From: Candidatus Aminicenantales bacterium
GTDB taxonomy: Bacteria > Acidobacteriota > Aminicenantia > Aminicenantales > UBA4085
Assembly: GCA_049515535.1 (NCBI GenBank)
Contig: JBEKTZ010000002.1
Span: 27,787 to 91,786 of the forward strand
DNA length: 64,000 bases
Reading direction: 5' to 3'
How positions within the stretch are numbered: the first letter of the stretch is position 1; every line of letters starts with the position of its first letter. This document shows, piece by piece, positions 48,479 through 60,311 of this stretch. A program made the position numbers and the translations under genes. The notes under the pieces are model-generated. The model was not told the DNA's origin and made no database searches. It saw only the letters and a list, made by a program, of their open reading frames with translations.

Positions 48479-51139
48479 CTACGTTGTCGCCTTGAGCAAT
48501 TTTTCAAAGCGGGGATTTCCCTTGAGCGGGGCGAAGTTGGGATCGATGGAAAGCCATCCAGGAGAAAGATAGTAAGGAATCTTGAGCAGCAATTCGAGTT
48601 TATCGAGAGCCTTTTCCTGTTCGCCGAGGACGATATAAATGCGGGCCAACTGATGCTGAGTATACGGGCCCCATAAGGCATCGCGTTCAATAGGCAACAG
48701 GGTTACGCTCTTCTCCCCTTCGCGAATCGCCTCCTCGCGCCGCCCAAGGTGGGCCAGGGCCAAGCCGCGAAAAGCGTGGAGTTGGTCGTCATTGGGGGCC
48801 TCTGAGATTCGCTCGTCCAAAGCCTGCTCCGCCTCACGGGCATATCGAAGAGTTTGGGCCGGGTCGCCTTTCAGGGCAAAAGCTTGCATCCGGACGAAAG
48901 CCCAAACATCGCGTCTCCCGCCGAACGCCGCCGGCGTTTGTTGAAGGAGGAGCCGCTGTTGGGTCTCGTCGAGCACCCAACCGAGGTCCCAGTATGTGGC
49001 AAAAGTGACGGCAAGATTGACGGGCTCGATATCTCTGGATGCCGCGGCGATCGAAGCCCGCGCCCCGGCCAAGTCCCCTTGGGCGAGAAAAACCATCGCT
49101 TTTTGTTCGATCTGCCGGAGGTCCGCGGGAGCGATGGCCAACGCATTGCCGCTAGCAGACATCGCTTCGGAGTAGCGCCGCAACCAGAGCAGGGTGAGCG
49201 CGAGCCGTCCGGCGGTTGTGGCCGAACGGGGATCGAGGGAAAGCGCCTGCCGATAATGAGAAACGGCTTGGTCCCAGAGTCCTAAACTCGTCTCGGAAGA
49301 AGCGGCAATGCTGAGGAGTCCGGCGTGGCCGGGATTTGCCGCTAATCCTTGTCGGCACTGTTCAAGGGCTCGGGTGGAGTCGTTGGCGACCGCCCGGAAA
49401 TACAGGCCTAAGGCCATTCGTCCCTCCGGAAGTCCCGGAGAAATCCGGAGCGCCCGTTCGGCCGCTTCCCGCGCGCGATCGGCCAAGGCCGATGAGGGCG
49501 CGACATTGACGTAGATAAACGAGCGCGCACTCGAAAGCTGCGCCCAGGCAAGGGCAAAGGACGGGTCAAGAGCGACCGCCTGCTCGTATTGAGCCATCGC
49601 GCGATCCAAAATGGCCGGATCCAACGCGCTGAGATCGCCGGAAATTTCCTGGCCGCGCATGTAGGCGTCATACGCGGCAAGATTCGTCGTCGGCTTTGCG
49701 GCCAGGCGTTGCTGTTCTCGGGCGTCAAGCGCTACCTGCAAGGCTTCGGCCACCTTGGAAGCGATTTCCGCCTGCACCCGAAAGACGTCCTCTAGAACCG
49801 CATCATAAGAATTCTGCCAGCGGGCTGCGGGCTCCCCGGGACCCTTGATCTCAACCAGCTCCGGCGTTACGCGAATGCGACTCGCCCCCGAGCTTTCCTT
49901 CTGCCAGCGCACTTTTGCCGTCAGCAGAAAGGAAACGTCCAGTTCCTGGGCGATTTGCTTGAAGGGTTTCGAGCTTCCTTTGTATCGGTCGACGCTGTTG
50001 CGGGCGATGACCGCCAATCCCGGCAGGGAAGCCAATTTGCTTCGGACCTCGTCGGTCATGCCGTCGGCGAAGTAGGCGTCCTCGGCGGATCCCACATTCT
50101 CAAAGGCGAGAACCGCGATTCGCTTCGGCCCGGCTGTTTCCCGGCCGGGTCCCGGTCGCCGCGTCAGCAACAATCCGATGACAACGGCCAGGCCAATAAC
50201 CAAAGCCGCCCCCCCAATCGCAATCCAGCGCTTCCGGCCCGAGGGCCGTTCCGCGACGGCGGACATCTGACCCGACTTCCGAAGGAGTCGTTTGAGGTCG
50301 GTTTTCATCTCGGCTGCGCTCTGATAGCGCAGGGAAGGGTCCTTTTCCAGAGCTTTGAGAATGATTCTCTCGAGATCTTCCGGCAAATCGGGATTGAGGT
50401 GCCGAGGCGGAAGCGGTTGCCGGTTGAGAATGCCGTCAAAGATCTCCGCCGGACTTCCGCCCCGGAAAGGCAATACGCCGGCCGCCATTTCATACAACAC
50501 GACTCCGAACGAAAACAGGTCGCCGCGGGCGTCCACGTCCTGGCCCCGCGCCTGTTCCGGCGACATATAGGCATCCGTGCCCATCGTCGTCCCGGACCTG
50601 GTCAGCTGCTGGGAATACGACATGGTGGCTTGCCGGTTGAAATGGTCTTTTGCTTCCCGGGCCGTTTCAGACACGAGTTTGGCCAATCCGAAATCCAGGA
50701 TCTTGGCCTCGCCCCTATCGGTAACGAAAATGTTGGCGGGTTTGATGTCTCGATGGACAATGCCCTGGGCGTGCGCCGCTTCCAAGGCCTCGGCGATTTG
50801 TTCGCCGAGCTCCAAAATCTTTTCGATCTCGGCCGGCCGGCCCGTCAGGCTTTGTTTCAGCGTTTTTCCTTTCATAAGCTCCATGACGATGAACGGCTTG
50901 CCGTCCTGTTCGCCGAAATCATAAATGGCGCAGATATGGGGATGATTCAAGGCCGATGCGGCCCGCGCTTCGCGCTCGAATCGGGCCAGCGCCTCCCGAT
51001 CGTCGGACAGATTCTCGGGCAGAAACTTAACCGCGACATGCCGTCCGAGTTTTGTGTCTTCGGCTTCGTAAACGACGCCCATCCCTCCCCCGCCGAGTTT
51101 GGCGAGCATGCGATAATGGGAGAAGGTCCGGTCAATCAT
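48479..51139 (-). CDS. Hanks-type Ser/Thr kinase with TM segment, TolB-N-like domain and TPR repeats
   Basis: GGGGMGVVY, VAVK, HRDIKPAN, DFGLAK, YMSPEQ, RIAVLAFEN..YFADGMTDE and TPR helices. Confidence 0.92.
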   Translation of the reverse strand: MIDRTFSHYRMLAKLGGGGMGVVYEAEDTKLGRHVAVKFLPENLSDDREALARFEREARAASALNHPHICAIYDFGEQDGKPFIVMELMKGKTLKQSLTGRPAEIEKILELGEQIAEALEAAHAQGIVHRDIKPANIFVTDRGEAKILDFGLAKLVSETAREAKDHFNRQATMSYSQQLTRSGTTMGTDAYMSPEQARGQDVDARGDLFSFGVVLYEMAAGVLPFRGGSPAEIFDGILNRQPLPPRHLNPDLPEDLERIILKALEKDPSLRYQSAAEMKTDLKRLLRKSGQMSAVAERPSGRKRWIAIGGAALVIGLAVVIGLLLTRRPGPGRETAGPKRIAVLAFENVGSAEDAYFADGMTDEVRSKLASLPGLAVIARNSVDRYKGSSKPFKQIAQELDVSFLLTAKVRWQKESSGASRIRVTPELVEIKGPGEPAARWQNSYDAVLEDVFRVQAEIASKVAEALQVALDAREQQRLAAKPTTNLAAYDAYMRGQEISGDLSALDPAILDRAMAQYEQAVALDPSFALAWAQLSSARSFIYVNVAPSSALADRAREAAERALRISPGLPEGRMALGLYFRAVANDSTRALEQCRQGLAANPGHAGLLSIAASSETSLGLWDQAVSHYRQALSLDPRSATTAGRLALTLLWLRRYSEAMSASGNALAIAPADLRQIEQKAMVFLAQGDLAGARASIAAASRDIEPVNLAVTFATYWDLGWVLDETQQRLLLQQTPAAFGGRRDVWAFVRMQAFALKGDPAQTLRYAREAEQALDERISEAPNDDQLHAFRGLALAHLGRREEAIREGEKSVTLLPIERDALWGPYTQHQLARIYIVLGEQEKALDKLELLLKIPYYLSPGWLSIDPNFAPLKGNPRFEKLLKATT

Positions 51140-51280
51140 CTAAAAAAGAATATTCCCGACCGCCGACCGATGTCAAGAACCGCAAAAAGTCGACGGCAAA
51201 GCATATTGCTTTTTTTTCTTTTTTGAATTAATTATTTATACAGTTGAAACGAGCGAGGGCCGATCCTCGAAAGGAGTCCC

Positions 51281-53089
51281 ATGGGATTGCAAACCCTGGA
51301 TTGGATCACGCTGAGCCTGTATTTCCTCGTCATCATTAGCGTCGCCTGGTGGGTGATCAAGAAGCGGAAAGACACCGCCACAGATTATTTCCTGGCGGGC
51401 CGGAACCTCAGCTGGTGGATCATCGGCGCTTCGATCTTCGCTTCAAACATCGGCTCCGAGCACATCGTCGGGCTGGCCGGGACAGGCGCCACCGACGGCG
51501 TCGCGATGGCCCATTACGAGCTCCATGCCTGGTGCCTCCTCGTTCTGGCCTGGGTCTTCGTCCCCTTTTACGCCCGCTCGCTCGTCTTCACCATGCCCGA
51601 GTTTTTAGAGCGTCGTTTTTCGAGCCATTCGCGTTACGTCCTGTCTATCGTCTCCCTGATTACGTTCGTCGTATCCAAGATCGCCGTCGGAATTTTCGCC
51701 GGAGGCGTCGTGTTTTCGACCCTCCTTCCGGAACTCCATTTGCGCCTGGGTTCCATCGACATCAATAGTTTCTGGCTCGGGTCGGTCCTCGTCATCGTCC
51801 TGACCGGACTCTATACCATCCTGGGCGGGATGCGCGCCGTCGCTTATAACGACGCCGTCCAGGTCTTTGTCCTGATCCTCGGCTCGGCCATCCTGACGAT
51901 CTACGGACTGACGAAACTCGGCGGATGGAACGCCCTCCGCACGATCTGCGGCTCCGACATGTTCAACCTGTGGAAGCCCTTGATCCCGCACGGCGTCGCG
52001 GGGACGTGGGCGCCTGTCCTCGTGAAAAATGCCGCGGGCGCCGTGGTCAAGCAGGCCTGGTATTTCAACGGCTATTACCCGTGGTTGGGCATGCTCTTCT
52101 GCGCGCCGATCATCGGCCTGTGGTATTGGTGCACCGACCAGTACATCGTTCAGAGAGCTTTGGGCGCTCCAAATGAGCGGACAGCGCGCCGCGGGAGCAT
52201 TTTCGCCGGCGTCCTGAAGCTCCTGCCGGTTTACCTTTTCATCGTCCCCGGACTGATCGCCTTCGCCCTGGCCAAGAGCGGCAAGGTTCCGGGACTGGAG
52301 GTCATGATCGCCGCGGACGGGACAGCGATCCCCCACCAGGCCCAAGCGGCGTTCCCGCTGATGGTCAAATATATGCTGCCGGTCGGATTGCGCGGGATTG
52401 TTGTCGCCGGGCTGCTCTCCGCGCTGATGGGCTCGCTGGCCGGCGTCTTCAACGCCTGTTCGACGCTGTTCACGGTGGACCTCTATGGAAAGTGGAAACC
52501 CAAGGCCTCCCAGCACCAGATCGTCCGGACGGGCCGCATCGCCACCGCGGTGATGGTCTTCATCGCCCTGATGTGGATCCCGGTCATCCAGGGGGCCCGC
52601 GGGCTTTACAATTACCTGCAAACGGTCCAGGGCTATCTCGCGCCGCCCATTTTCGTCGTATTCTTCTTCGGCGTCTTTTGGAAACGCCTTAATGCCAAGG
52701 GCTGCCTCTGGGCTTTAATCGTCGGTTTTTCACTCGGCTTGTTCCGGATGCTCGTCGACACACCCGTCTCGCTGGGATTGTTCGGCTACGCCGACGCGGC
52801 CAAGACGATCGCGAACGGATATGCCCAGGGATCGTTCCTCTGGATCATCAACAACATTTACTTCCAGTATTTCAGCGTGCTCATAACGATTGTCTCGATC
52901 GTCGTCATGATCGTGGTCAGCTATATGACCAAGGAACCGGATTACGCGGCGATCGAAAGCCTGACGTTCGGGACAACGACCGCCGAAGACCGCCGCCGCA
53001 CTCGAATCAGCTGGAACTGGCGGGATCTGCTCGCCTCGGCGATCGTCCTCGCTTTCATCCTCGGCGCGTACCTGTACTTCCGCGGTTAG
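51281..53089 (+). CDS. Sodium:solute symporter (SSS, sugar-type)
   Basis: YFLAGR, ASNIGSEH, TMPEFLERRF and WYWCTDQYIVQR. Confidence 0.93.
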   Translation: MGLQTLDWITLSLYFLVIISVAWWVIKKRKDTATDYFLAGRNLSWWIIGASIFASNIGSEHIVGLAGTGATDGVAMAHYELHAWCLLVLAWVFVPFYARSLVFTMPEFLERRFSSHSRYVLSIVSLITFVVSKIAVGIFAGGVVFSTLLPELHLRLGSIDINSFWLGSVLVIVLTGLYTILGGMRAVAYNDAVQVFVLILGSAILTIYGLTKLGGWNALRTICGSDMFNLWKPLIPHGVAGTWAPVLVKNAAGAVVKQAWYFNGYYPWLGMLFCAPIIGLWYWCTDQYIVQRALGAPNERTARRGSIFAGVLKLLPVYLFIVPGLIAFALAKSGKVPGLEVMIAADGTAIPHQAQAAFPLMVKYMLPVGLRGIVVAGLLSALMGSLAGVFNACSTLFTVDLYGKWKPKASQHQIVRTGRIATAVMVFIALMWIPVIQGARGLYNYLQTVQGYLAPPIFVVFFFGVFWKRLNAKGCLWALIVGFSLGLFRMLVDTPVSLGLFGYADAAKTIANGYAQGSFLWIINNIYFQYFSVLITIVSIVVMIVVSYMTKEPDYAAIESLTFGTTTAEDRRRTRISWNWRDLLASAIVLAFILGAYLYFRG

Positions 53090-53096
53090 TCCGACC

Positions 53097-53579
53097 ATGA
53101 TCGAAACGAGACCGCCGGCAACCCCCGCCATAAGGGTCCTGAAAGACAAAGGCGTTTCTTTCGTCGCCCATTCCTATAAATACGAAGACCGCGGGGGAAC
53201 GGGCACGGCGGCCCGGGAGCTCGGCGTCGGCGAGCACGGCGTCATCAAGACGCTCGTCATGGAAACCGACAGGGGGGAACCTTTCATCATCCTCATGCAT
53301 GGCGACAACGAAGTCTCGACGAAAGCCCTCGCCCGATTTCTCGGGGTCAAAACCGTGGCGCCCTGCCATCCCGAGACGGCCGATAAGCATACGGGCTACA
53401 TGATCGGCGGGACATCGCCTTTCGGGACGCGGAAACAGCTGAAGATCTACATGGAAAAGACGATCGCCGATCTCCCGCGGATTTACATCAATGCCGGAAA
53501 GCGCGGCCTGCTCGCCGAAATGTCTCCGGCGGACCTCACGAAAATTCTGAATCCCGTTCCGGTCGAAGTCGCGCTCTAA
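53097..53579 (+). CDS. ybaK: YbaK/EbsC Cys-tRNA(Pro) deacylase
   Basis: TPA, IKTLV, TGYMIGGTSPFG and INAGKRG. Confidence 0.9.
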   Translation: MIETRPPATPAIRVLKDKGVSFVAHSYKYEDRGGTGTAARELGVGEHGVIKTLVMETDRGEPFIILMHGDNEVSTKALARFLGVKTVAPCHPETADKHTGYMIGGTSPFGTRKQLKIYMEKTIADLPRIYINAGKRGLLAEMSPADLTKILNPVPVEVAL

Positions 53580-53614
53580 TCCTCACCAGGGGGCGGCCAG
53601 CGGCAGGCCCGATT

Positions 53615-55378
53615 TCATTTGATTTTCTTCAGCTCGATCCCCTGCCCTCTAGGAAAAAGACCGGGGATGGAAACCGGAAGCCTGCCCTTGATGTCCATTT
53701 CCCCGAAAACGGCCCGGGCGGCGATCGCCTGCGACTGGGGCGAATTCCGGTAAAGACACAGGCACGCGTCAACCTCGGGAAAATCCCTCAATATATAAGG
53801 GCTTCCGAAGTTGACGACAATGACGGATTTCCCCGCCGCGGCCAGGGTCTTGATCAAGTCGGCGTGACTCGGCTCGATTCCAACGCTGCCCTTCCGCGCC
53901 CGCAGGCTCGAAAAGACCGCGCAGACGATGACATCGGCGGATTTCACGGCTTTAAAATAGGCGTCATCCAGGGCTTCCTTGCCCGTGACGGCATCCGCAT
54001 AGAAAACCTGGGTTCCTTCGGACCTTTTCTTGACGGCGTCCGCGAAAGCCCGTCCGGCGAAATAATCGCCTTGATCGCTGCTCAGCGAGAATACGGCGAT
54101 CTTTTTCCCGGTTGAGGGAATCGGCAAGGCTTCCCTCTCGTTCTTGACGAGTGTCGCCGCGGCTTCGAAAGCCAGAAGCGCTTGTCTCGAATTTTCTTTT
54201 GTTCCCAATTTCTGCGGCAAGGCTTCGACGTCCACGAACCTGTTGAGATGGAGCCCCAGCCGGGCCTTGGCTTCCAGGATGCGGCGCACGGATTCATCGA
54301 TCCGGGCTTCGGTCAACCGGCCTGTTTTCGCCGCATCGATCAGGAACGACACGGTTTTGGCGGGTTCGGGCGGGAGCAGGACCATGTCCACTCCGGCCAG
54401 GATGGCCCGCAGAGACGCTTCGGGACCGGGGTAGGCATTCGTCACGCCGCCCATTTCCATGGCGTCCGTGACGATCAAACCCTTGAATCCCATTCGTTTT
54501 CGCAAAAGTCCGGTCAGGATGGCGGGAGATAAGGAACTGGGCAGGTTGGGTGTCGGATCCAAAGCGGGAACGCTGAGATGAGCGACCATCACGGCCTGGA
54601 CGCCGGCCGCGAGGGCCATTTGATACGGATAGAGCTCGACTTTTTCCAGCCGATCCCGGTCGGCCTTGATCGTTGGAAGGAGGCTGTGCGAATCCTGGTC
54701 GGTGTCGCCGTGACCCGGAAAATGCTTGGCCGTTGCGATCATGCCGTTTTCCTGACAACCTTTTATGAACGCCGCGGCCAACCGGCCGACTTGTACGGGA
54801 TCCTCGCCGATCGCCCGGGTATTGATAATGGGATTGTCGGGGTTGATGTTGACATCCACGACGGGAGCGTAAGTCATATGGATGCCGAGCGCCCGGCCTT
54901 CTTCGGCCGTGATCTTCCCCATCTTGTAGGCCAGCTCATCGGAGTCAGCCGCGCCCAGGGCCATGAGCGTGGGAAAGAGGGTAGCGCCCGTAATTTGGTT
55001 TCCGGCGCCGCGCTCGAAATCGGAGGCGACGAGAAGCGGATATTTGGCCAACTTCTGCAAGGCGTTGTTCAAATGGGCGGTTTCATAGGACTCTCCGAGA
55101 AAAATGACCACGCCGCCGATCTTCTGGTCGACGACCAGGCTACGCAGGCCGGCGATATAATCGCTGTCGTCATTGAAAAAACCGCCCGTGTAACGACAAG
55201 CGATCATCTGCCCGATTTTTTCCTCGATCGACATCCGGCCGAGCGTTTTGGAGACCCAGCGCGCATCGCCAGGGCCGAGGGATAGATCGGACTTGGCGAC
55301 GATGCGGACGCAACTCGCCGATAACAGCCCCAGGACGGAGAAAAAGACAAAAGAATATCTCGCCGTTTTTCCGAACAT
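53615..55378 (-). CDS. GH3 beta-N-acetylglucosaminidase-like lipoprotein
   Basis: Lipobox-like LSASC; EKIGQM, DFERG, APVVDVN, KHFPGHGDT..DSH and VTDAMEM. Confidence 0.9.
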   Translation of the reverse strand: MFGKTARYSFVFFSVLGLLSASCVRIVAKSDLSLGPGDARWVSKTLGRMSIEEKIGQMIACRYTGGFFNDDSDYIAGLRSLVVDQKIGGVVIFLGESYETAHLNNALQKLAKYPLLVASDFERGAGNQITGATLFPTLMALGAADSDELAYKMGKITAEEGRALGIHMTYAPVVDVNINPDNPIINTRAIGEDPVQVGRLAAAFIKGCQENGMIATAKHFPGHGDTDQDSHSLLPTIKADRDRLEKVELYPYQMALAAGVQAVMVAHLSVPALDPTPNLPSSLSPAILTGLLRKRMGFKGLIVTDAMEMGGVTNAYPGPEASLRAILAGVDMVLLPPEPAKTVSFLIDAAKTGRLTEARIDESVRRILEAKARLGLHLNRFVDVEALPQKLGTKENSRQALLAFEAAATLVKNEREALPIPSTGKKIAVFSLSSDQGDYFAGRAFADAVKKRSEGTQVFYADAVTGKEALDDAYFKAVKSADVIVCAVFSSLRARKGSVGIEPSHADLIKTLAAAGKSVIVVNFGSPYILRDFPEVDACLCLYRNSPQSQAIAARAVFGEMDIKGRLPVSIPGLFPRGQGIELKKIK

Positions 55379-55424
55379 TCGGTCCTCCTTACGAAAAATC
55401 GCTGTCGCGGCCGCTCCCCTTCGG

Positions 55425-55964
55425 CTATTCCTTGTATTGAATAAGGCTGAAGATATCGATCTCCGGATGCGCTTTTTTTATGGCGGAGACGCCGTTCAAG
55501 AAGCCGAGTTCGACCACGGCGCCGAAACCGACGGGATTCCCTTTCAGAAGCTTGATCAAATCGATGGCGCTGATCGAGGACGAGCCGGTGGCGATCAGAT
55601 CGTCGATGATGACGACCCTCTGTCCCGGCCGGACGCTGTCCTCGTGCATCTCGAAATATTCGACGGCATATTCGTTGGGGGCCCGGACGCGGACCGTCTT
55701 GCGGGGCAGCTTGCCCTGTTTCCGGATGATGTCCAGCCCCAGTCTCAGTTCCCGGGCCACGGGTGCCGCGAAGAGATATCCGCGCGATTCGATGCCGACG
55801 ACGATATCGGGTTTTTTCTTTTGAGCCCATTCCGTGAGATGATCGATCACGAAGTTATAGCCGGCGGCGTCGCGGACGAGCGGCGAGATGTCCTTGAATC
55901 CGATGCCCGGTTTTGGAAAATCCTTGACTTCATAAATCAGGTCCTTGATGTCTTCGATTTTCAT
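55425..55964 (-). CDS. apt: Adenine phosphoribosyltransferase
   Basis: DFPKPGI.FKDI, GIESRG, RKQGKLP and IIDDLIATG. Confidence 0.92.
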   Translation of the reverse strand: MKIEDIKDLIYEVKDFPKPGIGFKDISPLVRDAAGYNFVIDHLTEWAQKKKPDIVVGIESRGYLFAAPVARELRLGLDIIRKQGKLPRKTVRVRAPNEYAVEYFEMHEDSVRPGQRVVIIDDLIATGSSSISAIDLIKLLKGNPVGFGAVVELGFLNGVSAIKKAHPEIDIFSLIQYKE

Positions 55965-56009
55965 TTTGATCTCGATTCCTTTCGTCTCTCCTTGATCATC
56001 GACAAGACG

Positions 56010-56447
56010 TCATCGTATCTCAATTCTTCTCCGTCCGCCGTCTTCAACGACGATCCGGACATGGAGAGCTTCGATCGGAAACCTGATCTTTTCCGCCCAC
56101 TCGACGACGACGACACCCTGCCCGACATAATCCTCGAATCCCAAATCCATGATTTCGGAGTCCTTGGTCAGCCGATAAAGGTCAAAATGGTAGATCGGAA
56201 CCCTCGCCCGGTAGATATTCATGATCGTGAACGTGGGACTGCAGACCTCATGGACGTTGTTGAGGCCAAGGCCGGCAGAGATGCCCTTGGCGAAAACGGT
56301 CTTGCCCGCGCCAAGTTCACCGATGAGAAAGACGACCTCATTCCCCTTGAATTTAAGCGCGATTGTTTTTCCTAGAGCAAGGGTTTCTTCCGCGGAATAG
56401 GAGAAAAAAACCGAATCCGTCGTCTCCCCTCCTCCCGGCGCCATCAA
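56010..56447 (-). CDS. tsaE: t6A biosynthesis ATPase TsaE
   Basis: GELGAGKT, SPTF, HFDLYRL and VEWAE. Confidence 0.93.
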   Translation of the reverse strand: MMAPGGGETTDSVFFSYSAEETLALGKTIALKFKGNEVVFLIGELGAGKTVFAKGISAGLGLNNVHEVCSPTFTIMNIYRARVPIYHFDLYRLTKDSEIMDLGFEDYVGQGVVVVEWAEKIRFPIEALHVRIVVEDGGRRRIEIR

Positions 56448-57994
56448 GCCTCCATCTCTTTGAGGGCCTGAGGCAGGTATCTGATGAGGTCTCCCGCGAT
56501 CAGGGCTCTCTCGCCCAGTTTCTGGGCCCCGATATCTCCGCTCAAACCGTGAACGAAGACGGCGGAAAGGATGGCCCCCAGAATGTCTTTTTCCTGGATG
56601 ATCAGCGAGGCGAGCATCCCGCTCAACACATCTCCGGAGCCACCCGTCGCCATGCCCGGGTTTCCGGTCGGGTTGATGAAAACCCTGCCCTGCGGGGTTG
56701 CGATGAGCGTCCGATATCCTTTCAGGATCAGATGGATCCCGTGTTTTTCGGCGAATTGCGGCGCGAGATCGAGCCGGTTGTCGAGGACGTCCTGGGTCGA
56801 CCGGCCGATGAGCCGGGCAAATTCGCCGGGATGCGGCGTCAGAACAACCGGACAGGAAAGCGTTTTCAAGATGTTGGTATTTCCGGCGAGAATGTTCAAC
56901 CCGTCCGCGTCGATCACGACCGGCATTTTGAGTTTCCCCAATAAGGACATCACGAGGCTCGCCGTCGCAGGATGGGTCGATATCCCCGGACCCAGGAGCA
57001 GTCCGTCTTTTCCTTTCAGCAGCTCCAAGATCCTCGGAAGCGCGGCATCCGACAAGGTCTTTTGCGGCGTCTCCGGCAACGCCTCGGTCATGAGCTCCAT
57101 CATCGAGCGCGCGACGATCGGAAGGCAGCTTTGCGGCGTCCCCACCGTCACGAGGCCCGCACCCATGCGCAGGCCGGCCTTGGCCGCCATGACGGCCGCG
57201 CCCGTTTTTCCGAGCGAACCCGCGAGGATGAGCAGATGACCGTAGGTCCCCTTATGGGAATCTTTTTTCCTTTTCTGGAAATAAGGGGCGACGTTTTTCT
57301 TTTCCACGAGTTCGATCTTCAATCTTGCGTCCTCGAACAGAAACGGCGGAACGCTGATATCGGAGACGATCAGTTCTCCGACAAAATCTTCCGCGGGCGG
57401 AAGGACGTGTCCGATCTTCGGCGCGGCGAGGGCGATCGTCAGGTCGGCCTTGACCGCCGGTCCGACGATCAACGGCGTATCGGACGATAGCCCAGAAGGA
57501 ATGTCTACAGCGATTTTATAGCCGCGCGCCTTGTTCATATCCTCGATAGCCGCCGCGAAAAGGCCCTGCGCGGGCTTCATGAGACCGGTTCCGAAAATGG
57601 CATCGATGATCAGCGATGCGTGGAATAGCTCGATTTTATTCTTTTTCCATTCTTTCGTGGACGGAATTTCCCTGATCTCGACGCCGATCTTTTCGGCTAT
57701 GGCCAGATTCAGGCCGGCATCGCCCTTCACGTCCTGTTTGGTGCCGAGGAGCAACACGGTCGGCCGGGCGCCGCAGTTGAACAGATGCCGGGCCACGACA
57801 AAGCCGTCTCCGCCGTTGTTGCCTTTCCCGGCGACGATGACGACCCGGTTTTCCTTGATCCGGGGAAACCTTTTCAAAACGGCCTGCGTGATCCGGATGC
57901 CCGCGTTTTCCATGAGCACGGGGCCCGGAATGCCGATCTTTTCGATTGTTATCCGGTCGATCTTCTTCATTTGCGCCGAGGTGAGGACTTTCAT
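56444..57994 (-). CDS. nnr: Bifunctional NAD(P)H-hydrate epimerase/dehydratase
   Basis: LMENAG, GKGNNGGDG, DAIFGTG, HKGTYG, TPHPGEF and MATGGSGDVL. Confidence 0.94.
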   Translation of the reverse strand: MKVLTSAQMKKIDRITIEKIGIPGPVLMENAGIRITQAVLKRFPRIKENRVVIVAGKGNNGGDGFVVARHLFNCGARPTVLLLGTKQDVKGDAGLNLAIAEKIGVEIREIPSTKEWKKNKIELFHASLIIDAIFGTGLMKPAQGLFAAAIEDMNKARGYKIAVDIPSGLSSDTPLIVGPAVKADLTIALAAPKIGHVLPPAEDFVGELIVSDISVPPFLFEDARLKIELVEKKNVAPYFQKRKKDSHKGTYGHLLILAGSLGKTGAAVMAAKAGLRMGAGLVTVGTPQSCLPIVARSMMELMTEALPETPQKTLSDAALPRILELLKGKDGLLLGPGISTHPATASLVMSLLGKLKMPVVIDADGLNILAGNTNILKTLSCPVVLTPHPGEFARLIGRSTQDVLDNRLDLAPQFAEKHGIHLILKGYRTLIATPQGRVFINPTGNPGMATGGSGDVLSGMLASLIIQEKDILGAILSAVFVHGLSGDIGAQKLGERALIAGDLIRYLPQALKEMEA

Positions 57995-58053
57995 GGCCGC
58001 TCCTTGAGCCGGATTTTAGCATAAAATTGATTTTTTCCGCCATTTTATGCTAA

Positions 58054-59106
<1,053 letters not shown>

Positions 59107-59119
59107 GAAGGGTCGCGCC

Positions 59120-60310
59120 GTGCTCTTCGTGGAAGATCTCGACGTCAAAGGAAAAAAGGTCTTTGTCCGGGTCGACTTCAACGTCCCCTTGAACGATCAA
59201 GGAGAAATTCGGAACGACGCGCGCATCCGGGCGTCCCTGCCCACGATCAACTATCTCGCCGGCAAAGGGGCCAAGCTCATCCTGGCCTCGCATCTCGGGC
59301 GACCCAAGGGAAAATTCGATCCCAAGATGAGCTTAAGGCCCGTCGCCGCTCGTCTGGCCGAGCTCACCGGCCGCGAAGTCCTGTTCGCGCCCGACTGCGT
59401 CGGCAAGGAGGTCGACGCGCTCAAAGCCGGTCTCGCGGATGGCCAAATTCTCCTCCTCGAAAATGTCCGTTTCCATGAGGAGGAGACCAAAAACGATCCC
59501 CAATTCTCGAAGCGGCTGGCCGAGGGTATCGACGATTTCGTCAACGACGCGTTCGGATCGAGTCACCGGGCGCACGCCTCGGTCGTCGGCATCACCTCCT
59601 TCGTGCCCAAATGCGCGGCGGGATATCTCATGAAGAACGAAGTGGAATATCTGAGAAGGGCCGTTCGATCTCCCCTCAAACCTTATGTCGCGATCCTCGG
59701 AGGCGCCAAAACCGAAGACAAGATCCCGGTCATCGAGAACCTCTTGAACAAGGCCGACTTCCTTTTGATCGGGGGAGCCATGGCTTACACGTTTTTCAAA
59801 GCGCAGGGATTTTCGGTCGGGAAATCCATGGTCGAGCCGGACAAGTTCACGACCGCGCTCGGCATCATGGCCAAGGCCCAACAAAAGAACGTCCAGTTTC
59901 ATTTGCCGATCGACCATGTCCTGACCGCGTCGATCGAATCCGGCGTCGCGGTCAAGATCGTCGATGCCTTTCCTTTTCCTGAAGACATGATGGGCGTGGA
60001 CATCGGCCCGAAAACGATCGCCGCGTATTCGGGCATCATCGCCCGGGCCAAGACCATCGTCTGGAACGGACCCCTCGGCGTTTTTGAGAAGCCGGCATTC
60101 GCGAACGGGACCATGAAGATCGCCGAAGCGGTAGCGAACGCGGGCGCCCTTTCCATCGTTGGCGGAGGTGATTCGATCGCGGCCCTCGAAAAATCCGGCG
60201 TCGCCGCGAAGATCACCCATATCTCGACGGGGGGAGGCGCGAGCCTCGAATTCCTGGCTTACGAAACGCTGCCCGGAATCGATGCCCTCGAGAAGAGCGC
60301 GACGAAATAG
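59120..60310 (+). CDS. pgk: Phosphoglycerate kinase
   Basis: GTG at 59120; RVDFNVP, SHLGRP, NDAFG..HRAHAS and [11 protein letters not shown]. Confidence 0.96.
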   Translation: MLFVEDLDVKGKKVFVRVDFNVPLNDQGEIRNDARIRASLPTINYLAGKGAKLILASHLGRPKGKFDPKMSLRPVAARLAELTGREVLFAPDCVGKEVDALKAGLADGQILLLENVRFHEEETKNDPQFSKRLAEGIDDFVNDAFGSSHRAHASVVGITSFVPKCAAGYLMKNEVEYLRRAVRSPLKPYVAILGGAKTEDKIPVIENLLNKADFLLIGGAMAYTFFKAQGFSVGKSMVEPDKFTTALGIMAKAQQKNVQFHLPIDHVLTASIESGVAVKIVDAFPFPEDMMGVDIGPKTIAAYSGIIARAKTIVWNGPLGVFEKPAFANGTMKIAEAVANAGALSIVGGGDSIAALEKSGVAAKITHISTGGGASLEFLAYETLPGIDALEKSATK

Positions 60311-60311
60311 C

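Noticed and set aside
48479-51139. Kinase-TPR protein as a novel defence or signalling system
   Set aside because: This architecture is common in Acidobacteriota-like genomes, and no partner genes are adjacent.
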